Positions 1 to 13,818 of a stretch of DNA of 64,000 bases are shown one piece after another; position 1 is the stretch's first letter; every line of letters starts with the position of its first letter. A model generated the notes under the pieces. It did no database searches. It saw nothing but the letters and a program-made list of their open reading frames with translations, and had not been told where the DNA came from. Both the position numbers and the translations under genes were made by a program. The stretch comes from the human T2T-CHM13v2.0 reference genome, Homo sapiens: the NCBI RefSeq assembly GCF_009914755.1, contig NC_060941.1, one strand, 5' to 3'.

Positions 1-349
1 AATGAAAATTCAAGGAGTGGAGATACAGACTTTGCTTTTAGTGAAAGGAAGCAGTAAAGTCACATTACCAAGATGCATGCAGACAGGAATGGGAGGAATT
101 GGTGGCCATTTTGCAAACGTAAAACATACCTTTAACAAGGCATATTAAAAAAAATCTTGCTGTTATTCTAGTCTTCACTGTGTGCCCTCATTCCCTCTAT
201 AAAAAGTTGTTTTTATTCTTGGTCCTTTTGTAGTGCTTCTTTTTGGTTAAGCCAATGCATATATATAAAAATAAATATACACATATGTATGTACACATGA
301 TAATTATATATATTTGGATTCCACTCCCCAGAATATTCTTAAGTAAAAG

Positions 350-890
350 GTGTCATGTATACTGTTTTGACCTTGGCTTTTTGTTTTAATGTATATCCTG
401 GTGATCCCTTCATATCAGTTTATAAAAATCTTCCTTGTTTTTTGTTATAACTTGTTTTTGTTATATTCCTTGTTTTTGTTATAACTGCATAATATTCTAT
501 TGTGTGGATGTACCATGGTTTATTCAGCCACTATATTATGGATGGGCAAACAATACATTTGCAATTTCTGGTGAATACAAATTATGCCAAAATGAATAAC
601 CTAGCATATAAGTCATTTTCTATTTTTTGCCAGAGTATCTTTGGGATAGATTCCTAGAAATGGAATTGCTGGATCAGAGGGTCTTTTTTTGTTAGAGGTT
701 ACCAATTTATCTCTTTAGAAGTTGTACCATTTTGCATTCCCACCAGCAGTGTGCAAAAATGCCTCTTTTCCCATAGCTTTTTCATCAGAGTATGTTGTTG
801 AAGTTCTAAATTTTTATTGGTCTGGTAGGTGAGTAGTAGTATCTCTGCAGTTTTAACTTGTAATTCTCTTATTATGAGTAAAGTTGAGCA
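350..890 (-). mobile_element. Old L1M 3' fragment
   Basis: Typical antisense L1M motifs (ggaattgctggatca, cattcccaccagcagtgtg); boundaries approximate. Confidence 0.7.
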
Positions 891-1420
891 GAACTATTTT
901 TAATACTTAATAGGAAAAAAGAGTATATAATCTAAAATTTTAATAAGAGTTTTAAAATAAGGTCCTAGTCATGTATGTAAATTTTATGCTGCTATGAACA
1001 TATAAATTTATGTTTAAGAAGAACTTTCAACAACATAGACATTGCTTATAATAATTCTGGGTAAGAAGAAAAACAAGATCTAAAATGGTTTAAGTAGTAT
1101 GATAGCAATTCAGAAAATATATGGATATTAATTCAGAAAATATATGGATAGATTTATAGAGAAAACGTATTAGCAGCAATAAACTGCTGTGTTAATAATA
1201 CTTTGTTGGGATTAGAAAAGTAAGATCCTATACTGAAACAATAATATATGCTGGAGATTGTTTGTGCCCCCAGTGAAGGACATTCACATTTGGAGGGTTT
1301 AAGAGTTAGTGGAGAGATCTAATAAGGTAGCTTACTTCCCTTTCTTACCTTATCTTTCATTTCTAGGCTTTACTCGTTTATGTTTTTGCAATCTACCATC
1401 CTGTAAAGAAGGGGTTTATT

Positions 1421-1716
1421 GGCCAGGGGCGGTGCCTCATGCCTGTAATCTCAGCACTTTGGGAGGCCGAGGCAGGTGGATCACTTGAGGTCAGGAGTTC
1501 GAGACCAGCCTGGCCAACATGGTGAAACCCTGTCTCTACCAAAAATACTCAAAATTAGCTGGGTGTGGTAGCACGCACCTGTAATCCCAGCTATTCAGGA
1601 GGCTGAGGTGGGAAAGTCGCTTAACCTGGGAGGCAGAGGTTGCAGTAAGCTGAGATCACGCCACTGCACTCCAGCCAGGACAGAGCAAGACCCCGTCTCA
1701 AAAAAAGAAAAAAAAG
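1421..1716 (+). mobile_element. Alu (AluS-like)
   Basis: Dimeric Alu consensus with an A tail. Confidence 0.93.
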
Positions 1717-2043
1717 AATGAATTTAGGGTGCATTTTGGACCCTTGGACCCTGTCCTCTCTGCCTTTTTTCTAGCTGATTGACTATTGCCCTAGAAACCA
1801 GATAGGCCTTCCCAAATTAGAGCTGAATTCAGTATACCTGTGATACAGCTCTAAATGATGTTATATATGGAGAGCAAAATAGTCAAAAACGGAGTTCTAT
1901 GTGCTTTTTAAAAAAATTTCTTCTTTTTAGAAATTATTTTTTTGAATGCAACAGTTTTCTTAAAGATATTCTTAGAATTTCTACGGCAGAAGCTAAGAAA
2001 GCTTTTTCTAAAAACTATAATCATGTAAGATATGAAGTAACTC

Positions 2044-2323
<280 letters not shown>

Positions 2324-3158
2324 AGAAGTATTTCTTTTTTTAATAGTAGTTTCAGTTATTCAATGTATTTGAAGATAGCTGGAAGTCCTATATTCAACAA
2401 TGGCTCTAACACAACAACAAAGTAGATTACATATCACATTTTGCCTCTGAAGTAAGACTGACTGGGCTCACACTTGGGCCATCAAGTTAACCTATCTGAA
2501 TTTTGGGTCTTTTAAAAAAATAAGGGTAAGAATCTTAAGGATTTTATAAATATTAAATTAAATGTCATTATTTAGGTGTTGTTTAGCACAGTACCCAGTA
2601 TTAGTAAACAGGCAGCCCTAAATCTTATTTCAAACTTAATTCAAGTTTTGTTTGACCAGTAAAAGTCTCTGGTCTGACCCAGGTATTCAGAAATGCAACT
2701 TGGATATCCCTTTTGCAGGATGTTTTGTACAGTCCCTTCTTTTCAAATGGCATTGCTTTTATGTCTGACAGAAATTACAGTTGAAACAAGTACTTTTTAC
2801 CAAGAAAATATTCTTTCTAAATTAAAAAGATAAAATTTGAGATTCAAATGGAAGTCATATTTACTTTGCTTTAAATGGCCACAGACATGTCTTTTAAAGC
2901 TACTTAAAATATTTAGTTTTGGAATTCTTCAAGTAGTCTAATAACCAGGTAAAAGCAAATCTTTTCCGTCGCCTTTAATACATTTTTGTCCTACTCCAAA
3001 GAAATAAGCATTATCATTGTAAATTCTTTTGTGTTTTGGATGTTTTGTAGGGAAAATTAAAAGTATATGCAAGCAAACTCATTTAATTGTTGTTATGTCA
3101 CCATACTTTTTAAAAATGTCACTGCTAGTAAGTACTAAGTATTTTGGGTTGTCTAGAT

Positions 3159-3656
3159 CAGAGGTCCCTAATCCCTGGGCCACAGACTGGTAGTGGTCCG
3201 TAGTCTGTTAGGAATCAGGCGACACAGCAGGAGGTGAGTCTAGGGCAAGTAAGCATTACTGCCTGAGCTCTGCCTCCTGTCAGATCAATGGCGGCATTCA
3301 ATGCTCATAGGAGCATGAACCCTATTGTGAACTGTGCATGTGAGGGATCTAGCTTGCGTGCTCCTTTTGAGAATCTAGTGGCTGGTGATCTGTCACTGTC
3401 TCCCCTCACCCCCAGATGGGACTGTCTAGTTGCAGGAAAACAAGCTCAGGGCTCCCCCTGATTCTACATTATTGTGAATTGTATAATTATTTTATTATAT
3501 ATTACAATGTAATAATAAAGTGCACAAGAAATGTAGTGCATTTGAATCATCCCGAAACCATCACCCCTCTGCAACCCCATTCCCTCTCCCCCCACCTTGG
3601 AAAAATTGTCTTCCATGAAACAAGTCCCTGGTACCAAAAAAGGTGAGGGGTTGCTG
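3159..3656. mobile_element. MER1A-like hAT-Charlie DNA transposon
   Basis: CAG...CTG termini, 8-bp TSD gtctagat/ctctagat (the NTCTAGAN Charlie target), and MER1 internal sequence. Confidence 0.85.
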
Positions 3657-3753
3657 CTCTAGATCTCAGATTTTGATTTAATAAGTAGTTTAAAGAAAAA
3701 AATAGGTGCAGATCTCTAGACTAACCTGTGTGTGCTAATTTACTTTATCTTAG

Positions 3754-3886
3754 GGATCCTGCCTTTCAGATGATTACAATTGCCAAGGAAACAGGCCTTG
3801 GCCTGAAGGTACTAGGAGGAATTAACCGGAATGAAGGCCCATTGGTATATATTCAGGAAATTATTCCTGGAGGAGACTGTTATAAG
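3754..3886 (+). CDS. STXBP4: STXBP4 coding exon (probably exon 4), N-terminal part of the PDZ domain
   Basis: Acceptor tttatcttAG|G and donor AAG|GTAAAA; 133 nt. Translates (K)DPAFQMITIAKETGLGLKVLGGINRNEGPLVYIQEIIPGGDCYK, with a GLGL PDZ carboxylate loop, and matches the recalled STXBP4 protein. Confidence 0.96.
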
Positions 3887-4587
3887 GTAAAAATATGTCC
3901 CATGCCCACCAAAAATACAAACAAAAAGACCCACCAGTGGTAAAGTTTATTTTTTCTTCTTTATTAGTGAATTTATATCCACTGTGACCATACCTCAGTG
4001 AAAAATACAAAGGAATTAGAAGATAAGACTATTGCCCTCAAGGAGCTTTAAACTAAGAAATAAATAGGTTCTTCTTCTATGAAAATAATAGATATTTCTG
4101 ACTGTAAGATAAGGTTATTATTTTTAAATTACATGCTGTTCAACTTTTATCCTGTATCTGATTGAGAGAAATTATATTTGATGACTTGTTATCTTTCTAC
4201 TACTTTGAGTTTTTATTAAGTTGGATCAGTAGAACTTTAATTACATTCATTTAGCCTCTACTAAATGCAAAACAAAACAGAAACAGCAAACAAAATCTAA
4301 TTTCTGAATTCGCAGTTCTTGTAGCTTGAGCTAATGAGTTTTATCACTCATTAAAACCAGAAAATGTCTTTTTTTAGGAATTAGAAAGTCTTACTCTCCT
4401 CTTCAGTGTAAGAAATATATAATGAGCTCCCTTTCACTTTGGTTGGTAGGAAGCTCAGACCCAAATTTGAAGGACAACCCCAGCAGTTTAACAAACTAGT
4501 TACTATATTTAAATTCTCATTCTTCTTGGATTTCATTTGCTGTTTCTGTTTTACTAAAGTGATTATGTGTCATTTTTTGAAAATTGC

Positions 4588-4770
4588 CTCCATTTGATTT
4601 TGGAGAGATATCAGATATAAAGAATTTAATAAAATTATATTAATAATTAAGAATTAATAAAATTAATAAAATATTCTCCATTTGATTGACTCCATTTGAT
4701 TTTGGAGAGATATCAAATGTAAATAATTTAATAAAATTATATTAATAATTAAGAATTAATAAAATATTCT
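4588..4770. repeat. Local tandem duplication (~75-bp unit, ~100-bp period)
   Basis: ctccatttgattttggagagatatca...aagaattaataaaat occurs at 4588 and again at 4690. Confidence 0.88.
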
Positions 4771-5061
4771 ATTAATATCAAGCTATATAGCATGAGAAAG
4801 GATCTTCTTATTTTGTTCTTGTTGTTTGGTTAAATAAACAGTCCTACTACTTTTACCCACCGCCCATATCCCTCCCCCACCACTGCAAACACTTGTTTAC
4901 TAAGCAGTTTATCTTTTCAGCTGGATTTTTTTGTCTTGTTAGGGAAAAATTCCGTTTTACCAATAACTTCCAAAATAGTTGTAGTACTTTCAATTGTTTT
5001 ATGCTTGTTCAGATAATAAGGCATCTTTTAAATATACTTTCCGAGTTCTAAGTGTTATAGA

Positions 5062-5358
5062 GGCCAGGCATGGTGGCTAATGCCTGTAATCCTAGCTTTG
5101 GGGAGGCAGAAGCAGGAAGATTGCTTGAGCTCAGGAGTTTGAGACCAGCCTGGGCAACGTAGAGAGACTTGAATTCTATTAAAAATTAAAAAAAAAATCA
5201 GCCCGGCATGGTGTTGCATGCCAGTAGTCCCAGGTACTTGGAGGCTGAGGTGGGAGTATTGCTTGAGCCCCGAAGATCAAGAGCAGTGAGGCATGATCGT
5301 GCCACTGCACTCCAGCCTGGATGACAGAACAAGACCCTGTCTCAAAAAAAAAAAAAAA
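5062..5358 (+). mobile_element. Alu (AluJ-like)
   Basis: Dimeric Alu with an A tail. Confidence 0.9.
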
Positions 5359-5587
5359 GTATTATTTAATAAGTTTAATGGCATAAATTTTTGGCTATTA
5401 AATTTAAATTATTAAATAAATATTTAAAAGCTAAATTTAAACAAATTCAAAAAAACAAAAAAATGAATTTTTTCTTCCAAGAATTGAGGTGTTACTTTAG
5501 TGTTAAAGCTGAGAGGTGTGTGTGAGTGTGTGTCTGTGTGTGTGTGTTCAATATAGTAAGGCATTTCTTAAACTACACTTGATATAA

Positions 5588-5942
<355 letters not shown>

Positions 5943-6262
5943 TAAGAATTTGCTTTTAAGACAAGCATCAATTTGTGCTTGTTTGTTACGATGAAAACTA
6001 TTTGGAGTTAGAGTAATAAGTTGATAGCGGTGGTGCTGAATGACTCTTTATCTTCTGTCAGTGATAGCAGATTAAGAAATTATTCTTATGATATCTACTT
6101 TTTCTTGTTAGAATTTTACTGAAGTATTAAAAGGCAAAATTTTCTCATTGACTATATTCTCTACTTAGCACTAGAGGGCAGCACAGAGCTATTAATGTTC
6201 TTCCTACCTGGTCATATCTGACCAAGGAAAACAGGCAAGATAGAAAAAGGTGTAGGAGAAGA

Positions 6263-6418
6263 GGACCAGGGGTGATGGCTCATGCCTCTAATTCCAGCAC
6301 TTTTGGAGGCCCAGGCAGGAGGATCCCTTGGGCCCAGGAGTTCCAGGTTGCAGTGAGCTATGATTGCATCACTACACTCCAGCCTGGGCAACAGAGCATT
6401 TCTAAAAAATAAAAAAAT
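6263..6418 (+). mobile_element. Free Alu monomer (FRAM/FAM-like)
   Basis: Single ~150-bp monomer with an A tail. Confidence 0.8.
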
Positions 6419-7199
6419 GTATAGAAGAAGTAATTTTCTAGTGCTTACATTATTTTTAAATATTTTCTCAAGATGGAGAGCTCTATGCATATGCATATTC
6501 TTCAAATACAAAATTGATATAACTTTATTTTACAACAATGTATTAATACATTTACTATATTCTAAATACTGTTTTAACATGTTAATAAATTTCTAGTCTG
6601 CACAAAATTTCTACATAGTAGAATCTGTGGAATAGGAAACACAAACTCATAAGGTTATCTTAATGAAGTTGCTGAACTGAGTAACTGTTAATATTTTTTA
6701 AATGCATATGAATGCTTTAACTTTCTGTAATTTTGTTTTAACATTATAATGTTTCATAATTAACAGTATAGGCTATCTCAAGCTTATAGCTAGATTATAT
6801 TTCATTTATATTTTCAAATCTTCCAAACTGTAAGGGAGTTATTGGAACGCAGAAGAAATTTTCTTTAATTATTCATGGTTTGCCACCACCCACCCCAAAA
6901 GTTTTCCTCCTGGAAAATATGAGAATAAAATACTGGTTTAGTAGAAGCAAAATAGTATGTTTCTTTGAAAAACATATCCAGAGTTCAAATATGGGATATT
7001 ATGAATACATCTTTTCAGTTCAAGCAGAACCAAGATTCCCTCAGCTCTAAGAGCTAGAGGCACCCTATAAATTGAGAACTACTGTATTAATTGCTAAAGT
7101 TAAGGAAATAAGAGAGCTCCAAGGCCCTTTCACTGTGTCAGCTAGTCCCATATCTATCTGGGGTCAATCCTAGACCCTTTTTCTGGCCAAGACACTCCT

Positions 7200-8115
7200 T
7201 TAAGCTTCATACCCATATTCAGTTCCCTGATCAACATTTTTACTTGGACCTCTTAAAGGTATCTCAAACTCAGCATTTCTGAAGCAGAACTCATGACATT
7301 TACATCACACCATATTCTGCTCAACTCTTCCCAAACAGAGTCTCTTCCAGTTTACCTAGTCTTGGTGAATGACAGCTTCTAGCTACACAAAGTCAGAAAA
7401 TTTAACAGCTTCCTATTTCAACTCCCATAACACTGTTCGATTCATTAACACATACCATTGACTTTTTTACTCTCGAAATATCTCTTGAACCCATCAGTCT
7501 TCTTGATCTTTATTCTTATCACTGGAGCTTAAACTGTCATCAGTTTTGAATCAGCCCTTTCAGTAGCATCGTTTGTTCTTATGCACCATACCTATTTCCC
7601 TCCCAACCTACATATCTTACTAATATTTGGTTGCCTGCAAGGTTCCATATAGTGTGGCTTCTGCCCTGTCCTTCTCTGCCTCTCCATCACTATGCTTCCA
7701 GAGTAGCATTTTCTCAGTTCCTGGAAGGGGCGAATTTCTCTTTTTTTTTTTTCTTTTCCATCTCATATGCTGTTCCCTTAGGAAACAGCACTCCATTTCC
7801 TTTCCCCCATTATTTCCAGTTATCAATTCAAAGACTGCTGCCTAAGGGTTGTGTTGCCTGCTTTCCCCCAGTCTAGGCTAGGTTTTATTTTTTTCTACAT
7901 ATGCTCCTAAATCCCATTCCTTTCCTTTGTGTCACCTACCTCAGTTTGCAATGATATATTTATATTTATGATTGTTTAATCATCTCTGCCTGAACCACAA
8001 GACAGTATGTTTCTTAAGGGCAAGGATGCTATCTGATTTTATTCACAGTAATATTGTTAGTCCCCACTGTGGTGCCTGACACATACATACTTGCTCAATT
8101 TAAATTTATGAATGA
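7200..8115. mobile_element. L2 fragments
   Basis: L2 motifs (tctcaaactcagcatttc, gtgcctgacaca...atgaatgaa); boundaries approximate. Confidence 0.6.
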
Positions 8116-8819
8116 ACGGTCCCGTAGTCATTTTCTCACATTTCTGAGGATTACTGATCTGCTTATTTACCCTTCCACTGGCACCATTTGGGCTCCACAC
8201 CAAGGTACTTCCTCCTTGGGCCTTTGTGTCAGATTTCCGACAACACTTTAAAGTTCTCAAATGTTCATTTTTATTTCTTTCTTTTGTTGCTGGTAACATA
8301 GGGAAAGCAGACAGAAATCAAAATCCTCTCTTCAAATCTGATAGTATATTTCATATTTTCTTCAGTTGGTTCTAAGATATACATTAAAACATATACATAT
8401 AAGCTATGCATGCACACACACATATATATAACATGCATATATCGGTATGTAATATACTTATGAGTGTGTGTATGTACGTATTTTTTCCTCTTCTATCTCT
8501 GAAATTATAGGTCTCACAGTCAGTGTCATCATGTAATTTGTGGCATTGAAGTAGGACATATTTACCTTTCAGAGGAAATCTGTTTTCATGCGGAGCATAG
8601 CACTGGAACCAGGGCTAAGGCTTTTAGATAAATATCAGGATCAGGCCTCTGGATGGCAAACTATGAAGAAACCAGTCCCACTGGTGGGAGCTGAAGAAGT
8701 AGCAGCCAAGATGGTTCGCTTTGCAGTGTCACTCTCTTTATTCCTTTGCCATTATTATTTTTGTCATAGCTACCTTAATTTCCTCAGACTGTTTCTTGGC
8801 CCCCTTTAACCTATTGTGG

Positions 8820-9630
8820 ACTTACTGTGTACCTAGCACTGTACCAGGGAAATAACCATGAAAAGGACAGAGTTCTAGTTATGCCTAATGAAAGAATTGG
8901 TGATTCTGGCCCACTAAAAGAATCATTGCCCCTAGACTGGGAGTTGCTGATTTAGTATATTCTAATGTGAGGGCAGGGAAAAGCAGATATGTAAACATAA
9001 GGACCATACAGAGTAAGTGCAATCCTTTAGGTAAGTAAAAGTGCTTTTTGAGCAAAAAGACACAACGATTAAGTAAATCCTGGGCAACTAGAGAAAACTT
9101 CCAGCAGAGATAGTGTTTGAATTGGGCTGTGAAGTTTAAGTCAGAGTTTATTGCAGAGAAGTGGCAGGGTGGATGGTGGCATTCTAGATGGGAATTCATA
9201 TGTGTGAAAACATTGAGGTTCAAAAGACCATGGCTGGTTTGAGGCACATTCTCTGAGAGTAGAATGAAGAATATGCTGGTGTGGAAGGTGGATGATGAAG
9301 CTAGAAAAAGTAAGTTGCAGTAAATTTGTTGTGCTGGGTTTGGGATGTTGAGGAGTTTCAACTTTTCCTACCAGTTGGCAGCCATCAAAGGTTCTCAATC
9401 TAATGAGTAATATAATTAAATTTGCTATCAGTATGAAAATTGTCCACAACAGATATGGAAGTCTCATTCACTTCATCTTATTTAACACGTATAATGTGCT
9501 ATAATTTACATATGTTACTTAATTCTTATAGCAACCTTGTGTTACATATATTTATCCCCATTCTACAGCTAAGAAAATAGAGGTTCATAAAAGCTGAACA
9601 ACTTGCCTCAGTTCACAGTAATAACTGGAG
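8820..9630. mobile_element. L2 plus MIR fragments
   Basis: An L2-like purine-rich segment followed by the MIR core ccccattctacagctaagaaaatagagg. Confidence 0.55.
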
Positions 9631-10454
9631 TTAAAAGAAGGTCACCATCAGTCTACATCTTGTAAAAGTACAGGAAAGGAATCTTAAGGCTTACAGAAGG
9701 ACTATTCCTTAGTATTAGGTATAATGAGTTAGTTAAGTCAGAATTAGGCTGTATAGATGGTTTCTCATAATATTGAAATGTATTATTTAGAAAACTATAT
9801 ACCAAAGTCAATATAGAAATGAATAGTACTGGTCGTTTTTAACAGAAGTGTTTATGTGGTCAGGAATATATTATTATTTCAACATCTACATGAATGTCAA
9901 TGTGAAAGAATTCAGATCTGAAGTTCAGCATATGAAAGTGCTTGGCACATTGCCTCCCATGTCAGGTAGTTGCTCTGTAACTGCTGAATTGGAATCTAGA
10001 CTGTGTGGAAGAGGTCTCAACATATCTCTGAAGTTAGTATCTTCACATATACATTAATCCATCTGGGGCAGAATGCACTCGAATGCCAGACTTACAAAAA
10101 TAGCTTTGTTTTCATTTGCAGGTTCTGACTTTTAAACAGGTTCAGAAATTCACATGATCAGCTAAGATCTTATTCTAGGAGGCAAAGAAAAAAACTAACT
10201 GCTATGAATACTTTTTAGAAAGAAAAAATATGTAAACACCAGAAGTCATAGTCAGAAGGCATTCTTCTTCTTCTCTTTTCTGACTCCCTTCCTGCCAGAA
10301 AATGCAGCTTCTATACATCAGTGTACTTTAATACAAGATGGGCTAAATTGCCTTCATGTGAACTTTTTTTCTGTACTAACACTGCATGTTATGTTGTCTG
10401 ACTTTGCTAACTATGTTTAATCACATATTTACATAAAATCAAAAATTTTTTTTA

Positions 10455-10818
10455 AATTATATATATAACATAAATATATATAATATAAATATATATATTA
10501 TATAATATAAATATATATATATTTTATATATTTTATATATATATATATTTTTTTTGAGACAGATTTTTGCTTCATTGCCCAGGCTGGAGAGCAGTGGCGT
10601 AGTCATGACCTTGACCTCCTGGGCTCAAGTGATCCTCCCACTTTAGCCTCCTGAGTAACTGAGACTACAGACATGTGCCAGCTATTTTTTTTTTTTTTTT
10701 TTGAAAGATGGGGTCTAACTATGTTGCCCAGGCTGGTCTTGAACTCCTGGGCTCAAGCAATCTTTCTGCCTCAGCCTCTCAAAGTGTTGGGTGTACAGAT
10801 GTGAGCCACCGTGCCTGG
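10455..10818 (-). mobile_element. AluJ-like element with a (TA)-rich expanded tail
   Basis: Antisense Alu at 10549-10818; AT microsatellite at 10455-10548. Confidence 0.88.
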
Positions 10819-11636
10819 CTTATATATTTTTAAAAATTAAGTTGACTCTTTTGGCTTAAGTATTTTAAATAATGTTTACATTTCAGTAGGATAGGGTCAT
10901 TATGCATCTAGATTATATAATCTTTTACACACTATTTGAGATATGTTTCTATAAAATCCTTTCATGAATGTTTTATGTCAATTTTGTTGTTTTCCTATGT
11001 ATTCTTTAGTCAGTGAAAGAGATAGTACTTCATGTCTTTTTAAAAAATAATAATACCTGTTGTTATTTAGGAGTAAAATAACTGTGAATCACCATTATTA
11101 CAAATAATACAGCTTAGATCAAAGATCAGTATCCAAGGGATATATTTTAGTAGATAAGACTTTAAAGAAAGATGTTTTCTTGAATTTGTGGAAGTTACTT
11201 AAGTACCATCAAGGTGAAAATCTCCCTTTTTAACCATATAAGCTTTTTCTGTAGTTATAAAAATAATGGTTTCTACCACTGTACTAATTAATGATAAATA
11301 GGGAAATACCTTAGGAACTGTAAAAGAAGAAAGCTTATTTTTATTTTCTAGTTTGAATGAAAAGAAAAGACAAAAACTGGGAAACTTATCTAACATATCT
11401 AACAACCACATTAACTCTTGTTCCTGATATGCTCTGTCTTACTCAGTTAGGCTAGCTGTGAGCAAGCCAGGCCTTAGCAAAGGCAACACCAGGCAGCCAG
11501 TTAGAATTGTCATTATTAGCAGGATATGGCTAACAATATATGCACAGCCAACTAGGCCTTAATCATAGGGGGATAGCAGGTATAGTAAAAAAGATTATGC
11601 TGAAATATGGGTAGGATCAATATAATTAAAATCCTT

Positions 11637-11762
11637 GGCCAGGCGCAGTGGCTCACACCTGTAATCCGAGCACTTTGGGAGGCCAAGGTGGGAAGATTGC
11701 TTGAGCCCAGGAGTTTGAGACCAGCCTGGGCAATGTAATGAGACCTCATCTCTACAAAAAAT
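11637..11762 (+). mobile_element. FLAM / left Alu monomer
   Basis: Single monomer; flanks aaaatccttg and aaaacccttg resemble a TSD. Confidence 0.85.
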
Positions 11763-12279
11763 TTTGAAAATTTAATTTTTTTTTTTTTAAAAACCCTTGA
11801 CTAAAGTTTTAAAAATCTCAATGTGGGATAAATCCACACACACATTGAACAGTTTGGTGGGAGGACATATGTAGGAATGCAGAGAAAATAAAATAAATGA
11901 GTTTTGTATTGTGAAATATCCCACAGTTATTTGGCCCACTTTATCACAGAGTCAGAGCTTTATCAGCCCCATAGTGCTCAGTTTTTAAAACAGGTCCCTT
12001 TTCCTGGTATACTGGCCTATGGTCCTACCTACCATATTAAGAATTCTTTACCACGTAAATTTATTCATGCAATACATGAACCATTCCATTTTACTCATAA
12101 TATATGTTACCAAACCAGACTTTAATCAAGAGATTTTGCTACTGAGGTTGTCTAAGATTTTACTTTTTACTCTTTTTGAAGGCATTCTTCACGAAAACTT
12201 TTCATTGCTTTAATTACATCAATTAATTTTTTTTTAAATACCTCATTAGTTCCTTTATAAATGTTACTGTTTTTGTTAG

Positions 12280-12386
12280 GATGGTCGTTTGAAGCCAGGA
12301 GATCAACTTGTCTCAGTCAACAAGGAATCTATGATTGGTGTATCATTTGAAGAAGCAAAAAGCATAATTACCAGAGCCAAGTTGAG
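12280..12386 (+). CDS. STXBP4: STXBP4 coding exon (probably exon 5), C-terminal part of the PDZ domain
   Basis: Acceptor ttttgttAG|GAT and donor AG|GTAACT; 107 nt. Translates [35 protein letters not shown](R), in frame with the previous exon. Confidence 0.96.
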
Positions 12387-12566
12387 GTAACTATACTATC
12401 CATGAGATAGAATGAGTCATTTAGAATGTCTCCTTGAAAGCAGTAATTTAAGATGTATTAAGTACTTTATAATAAGTATTTTTTAATAACATCTGAAACA
12501 TTATCTTGGATTTCAGTTGTACTATATTCATAGCATATCCATAAAGTGATTTCTTTTTAATACTAG

Positions 12567-12777
12567 GTTAGAATCTGCTTGGGAGATAGCATTCATAAGA
12601 CAAAAATCCGACAACATTCAGCCAGAAAATCTGTCATGTACATCACTTATAGAAGCTTCAGGAGAATATGGACCTCAAGCCTCAACATTAAGTCTTTTTT
12701 CTTCTCCTCCTGAAATACTAATCCCAAAGACCTCATCCACTCCCAAAACAAATAATGACATTTTATCTTCTTGTGAG
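12567..12777 (+). CDS. STXBP4: STXBP4 coding exon (probably exon 6)
   Basis: Acceptor aatactAG|G and donor GAG|GTAAGT; 211 nt. Translates LESAWEIAFIRQKSDNIQPENLSCTSLIEASGEYGPQ...NNDILSSCE and follows a 180-nt intron. Confidence 0.95.
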
Positions 12778-13742
12778 GTAAGTCAGGTAATCTTAAATTT
12801 CTCTATATATGCACTCCATAAATTCCCTATACATTTTTACATTGGTTATGTACATATAGAATTATTTCAGTAAAATTGTTAACAAATTAATATTTCTTTG
12901 AAAGATTTTTTTCTATTTAAAATTTTTATGCTGTGTTTTCAATAAACATATTTTAAGTCAGCATGTCCTGTGTCCAGGAGCATGATTGGTTAGAAAATAC
13001 CAGCATGACAAAATGGTTCCACAAAGATATGCCTAGATATCACTCAAAACTATGTTAAGAATGTCATATTTGGTTTCAGTTGGTTTAGTTATTTGCCATT
13101 TCTGTTCTCTGCTTGACTGAAGTGAGGCCATCTTCCTTTTTGTTCCTTAGCTTCTTTCCCACACAGTGAGGCTAATCCCAGGCATCCAATCTAAGAAGGT
13201 ATTGCTCCTTCATGTGTGCATGCTATAGTTCACCCAAGTAGAATCACACAAAATGGGGAATTTCTATATCAGAATTAACATACTCAATTACTAACTGCTA
13301 TATTATCTGAACAAATTACAGTTACAGAATAAAGTGTGTATTATTTATATCTGTGTTAGCTGTAAAATAGGAAACTTAAGCTTTTAGTCAGTAGAATAAA
13401 ATTCATCAAAGGTAACTTCAGTCTCTGGTACATGCTGAACAGAGACAGAGTATAAGATTTTCTGTCAGCCCCTTATACTTTGTCACTTGGAGCTATAATA
13501 CTTTTAAAAGACAAGATGAGTGGCCTTATATTTTGTTATCCTTGGATGTGGTAGAGCTGAAAGCAATTGTTACCTTTAATTCTGAATTGCTTTGTTTGAA
13601 GATGCATATACCAAAATTTTAGAGGTTTCATATTTGAGGGATAATTACTTTAATCTCTTTAACCATTCTTTTTATGTTAACATGGGCTTCAAGTGACCTA
13701 CTTTAGTAAATGACATTGCATGTTCCTCATTTTCTTTCACAG

Positions 13743-13818
13743 ATAAAAACTGGATACAACAAAACAGTACAGATTCCAATTACTTCAGAAAACAGTACTG
13801 TGGGTTTGTCTAATACAG
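13743..13818 (+). CDS. STXBP4: STXBP4 coding exon (probably exon 7)
   Basis: Acceptor tttctttcacAG|ATA and donor CAG|GTAAAT; 76 nt. Translates IKTGYNKTVQIPITSENSTVGLSNT. Confidence 0.94.

Noticed and set aside
3728-3943. 71-aa ORF as a standalone gene
   Set aside because: It is the STXBP4 exon 3754-3886 plus in-frame intron flanks; canonical splice sites explain it.
4588-4770. CRISPR-like repeat-spacer structure or other prokaryotic system
   Set aside because: Only two copies are present, there is no regular spacer array, and the context is primate intronic DNA.
8885-9467. 158-aa and 108-aa minus-strand ORFs
   Set aside because: They overlap degenerate L2 sequence, show no recognisable domain and have no splice support.
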